A stretch of DNA of 64,000 nt, from contig OZ059900.1 in the NCBI GenBank assembly GCA_964057225.1, forward strand, positions 3,596,001 through 3,660,000, written 5' to 3'. The position numbers were made by a program, and so were the translations under genes. This stretch comes from Auanema rhodensis (taxonomy: Eukaryota > Animalia > Nematoda). A model generated the notes under the pieces. That model was not told the DNA's origin and ran no database searches. It was given only the letters and a program-made list of their open reading frames with translations. Shown piece by piece: positions 54,740 to 64,000 of the stretch. How positions within the stretch are numbered: position 1 is the stretch's first letter; each line of letters opens with the position of its first letter.

Positions 54740-57700
54740 CAAATATGATCAAAATTTACAAGTATTACAGATTTTGTACCAAAAATCGGTGAGTATATGG
54801 TGTTAAAGGCATAAAAACGACCATACTTAGTGTAGTAATGCTATTTGAGTGAAATTCAGTGATTTAATCATTATTAGTGTATATTTGAAGACTTTTGTTA
54901 TCATAGACAGTAAAACTATGCTTTTGATCATATATATGAGCGATTTAGCCCAATTCGACTCAAAACTCGGAAATTTCAAAAATTCTTTCTATTTTCGACC
55001 TTTTTTGATCAAAATGAATAAATATCAGTGCAAACTCGTAAAAATAAACTTATTTCGTGTATTATGTGTTTGATTCTCGGATCTTAACAAATATGATCAA
55101 AATTTACAAGTATTACAGATTTTGTACCAAAAATCGGTGAGTATATGGTGTTAAAGGCATAAAAACGACCATACTTAGTGTAGTAATGCTATTTGAGTGA
55201 AATTCAGTGATTTAATCATTATTAGTGTATATTTGAAGACTTTTGTTATCATAGACAGTACAACTATGCTTTTGATCATATATATGAGCGATTTAGCCAA
55301 ATTAGACTCAAAACTCGGAAATTTCAAAAATTCTTTCTATTTTCGACCTTTTTTGATCAAAATGAATAAATATCAGTGCAAACTCGTAAAAATAAACTTA
55401 TTTCGTGTATTGTGTGTTTGATTCTCGAATCTCACCAAATATGATCAAAATTTACGAGTATCACAGATTTTGTACCAAAAATCGGTGAGTATATGGTGTT
55501 AAAGGCATAAAAACGACCATACTTAGTGTAGTAATGCTATTAGAGCGAAATTTAGTGATTTAAACATCATTAGTGTTTAATTAATGACTTTTGTTGTCAT
55601 AGACAATACACCAATAGACAGTAAAACTATGCTTTTGATCATATATATGAGCGATTTAGCCCAATTGGACTCAAAACTCGGAAAATTCAAAAATTCTTTC
55701 TATTTTCGACCTTTTTTGATCAAAATGAATAAATATCAGTGCAAACTCATAAAAATAGACTTATTTCGTGTATTATGTGTTTGATTCTCGAATCTTAACG
55801 AATATGATCAAAATTTACAAGTATTACAGATTTTGTACCAAAAATCGGTGAGTATATGGTGTTAAAGGCATAAAAACGACCATACTTAGTGTAGTAATGC
55901 TATTTGAGCGAAATTTAGTGATTTCAACATCATTAGTGTTTAATTAATGACTTTTGTTGTCATAGACAATAAAACTATGCTTCTGATCATATATATGAGC
56001 GATTTAGCCAAATTAGACTCAAAACTCGTAAATTTCAAAAATTCTTTCTATTTTCGACCTTTTTTGATCAAAATGAATATATATCAGTGCAAGCTCATAA
56101 AAATAGACTGATTTTGTGTATTGTATGTTCGATTCTCGAATCTTAACGAATATGATCAAAATTTACGAGTATTACAGATTTTGTACCAAAAATCGGTGAG
56201 TATATGGTGTTAAAGGCATAAAAACGACCATACTTAGTGTAGTAATGCTATTTGAGTGAAATTCAGTGATTTAATCATTACTAGTGTATATTTGAAGACT
56301 TTTGTTATCATAGACAGTAAAACTATGCTTTTGATCATATATATGAGCGATTTAGCCCAATTGGACTCAAAACTCGGAAAATTCAAAAATTCTTTCTATT
56401 TTCGACCTTTTTTGATCAAAATGAATAAATATCAGTGCAAACTCGTGAAAATAAACTCATTTCGTGTATTGTGTGTTTGATTCTTGAATCTTAACGAATA
56501 TGATCAAAATTTACGAGTATCACAGATTTTGTACCAAAAATCGGTGAGTATATGGTGTTGAAGGTATAAAAACGACCATACTTAGTGTAGTAATGCTATT
56601 TGAGCGAGAATCAGTATTTAAACATCATTAGTGTTTAATTAATGACTTTTGTTGTGATAGACAATAAAACTATGCTTCTGATCATATATATGAGCGATTT
56701 AGCCAAATTAGACTCAAAACTCGTAAATTTCAAAAATTCTTTCTATTTTCGACCTTTTTTGATCAAAATGAATAAATATCAGTGCAAACTTGTAAAAATG
56801 AACTTATTTCGTGTATTAAGTGTTTGATTTTTGAATCTTAACGAATATGATCAAAATTTACGAGTATCACAGATTTTGTACCAAAAATCGGTGAGTATAT
56901 GGTGTTAAAGGCATAAAAACGACCATACTTAGTGTAGTAATGCATTTGAGTGAAATTCAGTGATTTACACATTATTAGTGTTCAATTAATGACTTTTGTT
57001 GTCATAGACAATACATCTATGCTTCTGATCATATATATGAGCGATTTAGCCAAATTAGACTCAAAACTCGGAAATTTCAAAAAATCTTTCTATTTTCGAC
57101 CTTTTTTGATCAAAATGAATAAATATCAGTGCAAACTTGTAAAAATTGACTTATTTTGTGTATTATGTGTTTGATTCTCGAATCTTAACGAATATGATCA
57201 AAATTTACAAGTATTACAGATTTTGTACCAAAAATCGGTGAGTATATGGTGTTAAAGGCATAAAAACGACCATACTTAGTGTAGTAATGCTATTTGAGCG
57301 AAAATCAGTATTTAAACATCACTAGCGTTTAAATGATGATTTTTGTTGTCATAGACAATAAAACTATGCTTCTGATCATATATATGAGCGATTTAGCCAA
57401 ATTAGACTCAAAACTCGGAAATTTCAAAAATTCTTTCTATTTTCGACCTTTTTTGATCAAAATGAATATATATCAGTGCAAGCTCATAAAAATAGACTGA
57501 TTTTGTGTATTGTATGTTTGATTCTCAAATCTTAACGAATATGATCAAAATTTACGAGTATTACAGATTTTGTACCAAAAATCGGTGAGTATATGGTGTT
57601 AAAGGCATAAAAACGACCATACTTAGTGTAGTAAAGCTATTTGAGTGAAATTCAGTGATTTACACATTATTAGTGTATATTTGAAGACTTTTGTTATCAT

Positions 57701-57830
57701 AGACAGTAAAACTATGCTTTTGATCATATATATGAGCGATTTAGCCCAATTGGACTCAAAACTCGGAAAATTCAAAAATTCTTTCTATTTTCGACCTTTT
57801 TTGATCAAAATGAATAAATATCAGTGCAAA
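54740..57830. repeat. Third, partial and slightly diverged copy of the 11-mer block (offset 7309 from copy 2)
   Basis: ORFs 54849, 55197, 55584, 56256, 56642, 56950 and 57645 equal the copy-2 ORF starts plus 7309, in the same order, and include the 15-bp insertion monomer. Confidence 0.85.
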
Positions 57831-60800
57831 CTCATAAAAATAGACTTATTTCGTGTATTATGTGTTTGATTCTCGAATCTTAACAAATATGATCAAAATT
57901 TACAAGTATTACAGATTTTGTACCAAAAATCGGTGAGTATATGGTGTTAAAGGCATAAAAACGACCATACTTAGTGTAGTAATGCTATTTGAGCGAAATT
58001 TAGTGATTTAAACATCATTAGTGTTTAATTAATGACTTTTGTTGTCATAGACAATAAAACTATGCTTCTGATCATATATATGAGCGATTTAGCCCAATTG
58101 GACTCAAAACTCGGAAAATTCAAAAATTCTTTCTATTTTCGACCTTTTTTGATCAAAATGAATAAATATCAGTGCAAACTCATAAAAATAGACTTATTTC
58201 GTGTATTATGTGTTTGATTCTCGAATCTTAACAAATATGATCAAAATTTACAAGTATTACAGATTTTGTACCAAAAAGCGGTGAGTATATGGTGTTAAAG
58301 GCATAAAAACGACCATACTTAGTGTAGTAAAGCTATTTGAGTGAAATTCAGTGATTTACACATTATTAGTGTATATTTGAAGACTTTTGTTATCATAGAC
58401 AGTAAAACTATGCTTCTGATCATATATATGAGCGATTTAGCCCAATTGGACTCAAAACTCGGAAAATTCAAAAATTCTTTCTATTTTCGACCTTTTTTGA
58501 TCAAAATGAATAAATATCAGTGCAAACTCGTGAAAATAAACTCATTTTGTGTATTGTGTGTTTGATTCTCGAATCTTAACGAATATGATCAAAATTTACG
58601 AGTATCACAGATTTTGTACCAAAAATCGGTGAGTATATGGTGTTGAAGGTATAAAAACGACCATACTTAGTGTAGTAATGCTATTTGAGCGAAAATCAGT
58701 ATTTAAACATCATTAGTGTTTAATTAATGACTTTTGTTGTCATAGACAATAAAACTATGCTTCTGATCATATATATGAGCGATTTAGCCAAATTAGACTC
58801 AAAACTCGTAAATTTCAAAAATTCTTTCTATTTTCGACCTTTTTTGATCAAAATGAATAAATATCAGTGCAAACTTGTAAAAATGAACTTATTTCGTGTA
58901 TTGTGTGTTTAATTTTTGAATCTTAACGAATATGATCAAAATTTACGAGTATCACAGATTTTGTACCAAAAATCGGTGAGTATATGGTGTTAAAGGCATA
59001 AAAACGACCATCCTTAGTGTAGTAATGCTATTTGAGCGAAATTCAGTGATTTAAACATCATTAGTGTTCAATTAATGACTTTTGTTGTCATAGACAATAC
59101 ATCTATGCTTCTGATCATATATATGAGCGATTTAGCCAAATTAGACTCAAAACTCGGAAATTTCAAAAAATCTTTCTATTTTCGACCTTTTTTGATCAAA
59201 ATGAATAAATATCAGTGCAAACTCGTCAAAATAAACTTATTTCGTGTATTGTGTGTTTGATTCTCGAATCTCACCGAATATGATCAAAATTTACGAGTAT
59301 CACAGATTTTGTACCAAAAATCGGTGAGTATATGGTGTTAAAGGCATAAAAACGACCATACTTAGTGTAGTAATGCTATTTGAGCGAAATTCAGTATTAA
59401 AACATCACTAGCGTTTAATTGATGACTTTTGTTGTTATAGACAATAAAACTATGCTTTTGATCATATATATGAGCGATTTAGCCAAATTGGACTCAAAAC
59501 TCGGAAATTTCAAAAATTCTTTCTATTTTCGATCTTTTTTGATCAAAATGAATAAATATCAGTGCAAACTTGTAAAAATAGACTTATTTCGTGTATTATG
59601 TGTTTGATTCTCGAATCTTAACGAATATGATCAAAATTTACAAGTATTACAGATTTTGTACCAAAAATCGGTGAGTATATGGTGTTAAAGGCATAAAAAC
59701 GACCATACTTAGTGTAGTAATGCTATTTGAGCGAAAATCAGTATTTAAACATCACTAGCGTTTAATTGATGATTTTTGTTGTCATAGACAATAAAACTAT
59801 GCTTCTGATCATATATATGAGCGATTTAGCCAAATTAGACTCAAAACTCGGAAATTTCAAAAATTCTTTCTATTTTCGACCTTTTTTGATCAAAATGAAT
59901 ATATATCAGTGCAAGCTCATAAAAATAGACTGATTTTGTGTATTGTATGTTTGATTCTCAAATCTTAACGAATATGATCAAAATTTACGAGTATTACAGA
60001 TTTTGTACCAAAAATCGGTGAGTATATGGTGTTAAAGGCATAAAAACGACCATACTTAGTGTAGTAAAGCTATTTGAGTGAAATTCAGTGATTTACACAT
60101 TATTAGTGTATATTTGAAAACTTTTGTTATCATAGACAGTAAAACTATGATTTTGATCATATATATGAGCGATTTAGCCCAATTGGACTCAAAACTCGGA
60201 AAATTTAAAAATTCTTTCTATTTTCGACCTTTTTTGATCAAAATGAATAAATATCAGTGCAAACTCATAAAAATAGACTTATTTCGTGTATTATGTGTTT
60301 GATTCTCGAATCTTAACGAATATGATCAAAATTTACAAGTATTACAGATTTTGTACCAAAAATCGGTGAGTATATGGTGTTAAAGGCATAAAAACGACCA
60401 TACTTAGTGTAGTAATGCTATTTGAGCGAAAATTAGTATTTAAACATCACTAGCGTTTAATTGATGACTTTTGTTGTCATAGACAATAAAACTTTGCTTC
60501 TGATCATATAAATGAGCGATTTAGCCAAATTAGACTCAAAACTCGGAAATTTCAAAAATTCTTTCTATTTTCGACCTTTTTTGATCAAAATGAATATATA
60601 TCAGTGCAAACTCGTAAAAATAAACTTATTTCGTGTATTGTGTGTTTGATTCTCGAATCTCACCGAATATGATCAAAATTTACGAGTATCACAGATTTTG
60701 TACCAAAAATCGGTGAGTATATGGTGTTAATGGCATAAAAACGACCATACTTAGTGTAGTAATGCTATTTGAGTGAAATTCAGTGATTTAATCATTATTA

Positions 60801-63800
60801 GTGTATATTTGAAGACTTTTGTTATCATAGACAATAAAACTATGCTTCTGATCATGTATATGAGCGATTTAGCCAAATTAGACTCAAAACTCGGAAATTT
60901 CAAAAATTCTTTCTATTTTCGACCTTTTTTGATCAAAATGAATATATATCAGTGCAAACTCGTAAAAATAAACTTATTTCGTGTATTGTGTGTTTGATTC
61001 TCGAATCTCACCGAATATGATCAAAATTTACGAGTATCACAGATTTTGTACCAAAAATCGGTGAGTATATGGTGTTAAAGGCATAAAAACGACCATACTT
61101 AGTGTAGTAATGCTATTTGAGCGAAATTTAGTGATTTAAACATCATTAGTGTTTAATTAATGACTTTTGTTGTCATAGACAATAAAACTATGCTTCTGAT
61201 CATGTATATGAGCGATTTAGCCAAATTAGACTCAAAACTCGGAAATTTCAAAAATTCTTTCTATTTTCGACCTTTTTTGATCAAAATGAATATATATCAG
61301 TGCAAACTCATAAAAATAGACTGATTTTGTTTATTGTGTGTTTGATTTTCAAATCTTAACAAATATGATCAAAATTTACGAGTATTACAGATTTTGTACC
61401 AAAAATCGGTGAGTATATGGTGTTAAAGGCATAAAAACGACCATACTTAGTGTAGTAATGCTATTTGAGCGAAAATCAGTATTTAAACATCACTAGCGTT
61501 TAATTGATGATTTTTGTTGTCATAGACAATAAAACTATGCTTCTGATCATGTATATGAGCGATTTAGCCAAATTAGACTCAAAACTCGGAAATTTCAAAA
61601 ATTCTTTCTATTTTCGACCTTTTTTGATCAAAATGAATATATATCAGTGCAAGCTCATAAAAATAGACTGATTTTGTGTATTGTATGTTTCATTCTCAAA
61701 TCTTAACGAATATGATCAAAATTTACGAGTATTACAGATTTTGTACCAAAAATCGGTGAGTATATGGTGTTAAAGGCATAAAAACGACCATACTTAGTGT
61801 AGTAAAGCTATTTGAGTGGAATTCAGTGATTTACACATTATTAGTGTAAATTTGAAGACTTTTGTTATCATAGACAGTAAAACTATGCTTTTGATCTTAT
61901 ATATGAGCGATTTAGCCAAATTGGACTCAAAACTCGGAAAATTCAAAAATTCTTTCTATTTTCGACCTTTTTTGATCAAAATGAATAAATATCAGTGCAA
62001 ACTCATAAAAATAGACTTATTTCGTGTATTATGTGTTTGATTCTCGAATCTTAACAAATATGATCAAAATTTACAAGTATTACAGATTTTGTACCAAAAA
62101 TCGGTGAGTATATGGTGTTAAAGGCATAAAAACGACCATACTTAGTGTAGTAATGCTATTTGAGCGAAAATCAGTATTTAAACATCACTAGCGTTTAAAT
62201 GATGATTTTTGTTGTCATAGACAATAAAACTATGCTTCTGATCATATATATGAGCGATTTAGCCAAATTAGACTCAAAACTCGGAAATTTCAAAAATTCT
62301 TTCTATTTTCGACCTTTTTTGATCAAAATGAATATATATCAGTGCAAGCTCATAAAAATAGACTGATTTTGTGTATTGTATGTTTGATTCTCAAATCTTA
62401 ACGAATATGATCAAAATTTACGAGTATTACAGATTTTGTACCAAAAATCGGTGAGTATATGGTGTTAAAGGCATAAAAACGACCATACTTAGTGTAGTAA
62501 AGCTATTTGAGTGAAATTCAGTGATTTACACATTATTAGTGTATATTTGAAGACTTTTGTTATCATAGACAGTAAAACTATGCTTTTGATCATATATATG
62601 AGCGATTTAGCCCAATTGGACTCAAAACTCGGAAAATTCAAAAATTCTTTCTATTTTCGACCTTTTTTGATCAAAATGAATAAATATCAGTGCAAACTCA
62701 TAAAAACAGACTTATTTCGTGTATTATGTGTTTGATTCTCGAATCTTAACGAATATGATCAAAATTTACAAGTATTACAGATTTTGTACCAAAAATCGGT
62801 GAGTATATGGTGTTAAAGGCATAAAAACGACCATACTTAGTGTAGTAATGCTATTTGAGCGAAATTCAGTATTAAAACATCACTAGCGTTTAATTGATGA
62901 CTTTTGTTGTTATAGACAATAAAACTATGCTTTTGATCATATATATGAGCGATTTAGCCAAATTGGACTCAAAACTCGGAAATTTCAAAAATTCTTTCTA
63001 TTTTCGATCTTTTTTGATCAAAATGAATAAATATCAGTGCAAACTCGTCAAAATAAACTTATTTCGTGTATTGTGTGTTTGATTCTCGAATCTCACCGAA
63101 TATGATCAAAATTTACGAGTATCACAGATTTTGTACCAAAAATCGGTGAGTATATGGTGTTAAAGGCATAAAAACGACCATACTTAGTGTAGTAATGCTA
63201 TTTGAGCGAAATTCAGTATTAAAACATCACTAGCGTTTAATTGATGACTTTTGTTGTTATAGACAATAAAACTATGCTTTTGATCATATATATGAGCGAT
63301 TTAGCCAAATTGGACTCAAAACTCGGAAATTTCAAAAATTCTTTCTATTTTCGATCTTTTTTGATCAAAATGAATAAATATCAGTGCAAACTTGTAAAAA
63401 TAGACTTATTTCGTGTATTATGTGTTTGATTCTCGAATCTTAACGAATATGATCAAAATTTACAAGTATTACAGATTTTGTACCAAAAATCGGTGAGTAT
63501 ATGGTGTTAAAGGCATAAAAACGACCATACTTAGTGTAGTAATGCTATTTGAGCGAAAATCAGTATTTAAACATCACTAGCGTTTAATTGATGATTTTTG
63601 TTGTCATAGACAATAAAACTATGCTTCTGATCATATATATGAGCGATTTAGCCAAATTAGACTCAAAACTCGGAAATTTCAAAAATTCTTTCTATTTTCG
63701 ACCTTTTTTGATCAAAATGAATATATATCAGTGCAAGCTCATAAAAATAGACTGATTTTGTGTATTGTATGTTTGGTTCTCAAATCTTAACGAATATGAT

Positions 63801-64000
63801 CAAAATTTACGAGTATTACAGATTTTGTACCAAAAATCGGTGAGTATATGGTGTTAAAGGCATAAAAACGACCATACTTAGTGTAGTAAAGCTATTTGAG
63901 TGAAATTCAGTGATTTACACATTATTAGTGTATATTTGAAAACTTTTGTTATCATAGACAGTAAAACTATGCTTTTGATCATATATATGAGCGATTTAGC

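Larger units (their letters stand above)
1..64000. repeat. Tandem satellite DNA array, ~347-bp monomer, ~184 head-to-tail copies, extends beyond both window ends
   Basis: Anchor ggtgttaaaggcataaaaacgacc starts at 271, 619, 966, 1313, 1661, 2008, 2354 (steps 348, 347, 347, 348, 347, 346) and continues in the same orientation to the end. Spacings between identical ORFs are multiples of ~347. Confidence 0.99.
43462..64000. repeat. Right variant domain of the array
   Basis: Variants taattaatga, ttgaaggtat, ctcgtaaatttc, gacaatacatct and gtaaagct were seen only to the right of ~44.4 kb. Confidence 0.8.

Noticed and set aside
1051-63429. About 80 short ORFs (61-101 aa) on both strands
   Set aside because: They are the same satellite frame opened or closed by SNPs and 1-bp indels, many start at TTG/GTG, their composition reflects AT-rich DNA, and I recognise no domain. 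Used only as variant markers.
1-64000. CRISPR array or other repeat-spacer system
   Set aside because: Sequences between conserved blocks are homologous alleles rather than unique spacers, the period is ~347 bp, and there are no cas or other genes.
1-64000. Antigenic-variation or diversity-generating cassette array
   Set aside because: No consistently open reading frame, no recombinase or reverse transcriptase, and no adenine-specific variation. The mosaicism is explained by ordinary satellite turnover.
1-64000. Assignment to alpha satellite, Drosophila 1.688/359-bp or Arabidopsis CEN178
   Set aside because: I see no recognisable sequence similarity, and size class alone is not evidence.

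Overview
The whole 64 kb window is one uninterrupted, head-to-tail, single-orientation tandem satellite array of about 184 copies of an AT-rich monomer (about 28% GC counted over bases 1-360). Monomers are 346-348 bp, with three copies carrying a 15-bp insertion. I see no genes, RNA genes, transposons, inversions or unique sequence; all listed ORFs are by-products of the repeat. It looks like eukaryotic centromeric, pericentromeric or other heterochromatic satellite, but I do not recognise the family or organism. The interesting content is internal. (1) Monomers are mosaics of a few recurring variant blocks arranged in nested, variable-length higher-order repeats (2-, 4-, 5-, 6-, 8-, 10-, 11-, 13- and 18-monomer offsets). 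(2) A left variant domain (~1-35.8 kb) and a right domain (~43.5-64 kb) are joined by a mixed zone. (3) The monomer shows traces of an ancient ~170-bp dimer, a degenerate ~180-bp fold-back and ~10-bp phased A/T tracts. (4) Polymorphisms carry a CpG-deamination signature. (5) A near-invariant ~60-bp block contains CAG|18 nt|GTGAGT, which resembles a micro-exon; this is the most speculative and potentially most novel observation. All alignments were done by eye and from ORF-track spacings.
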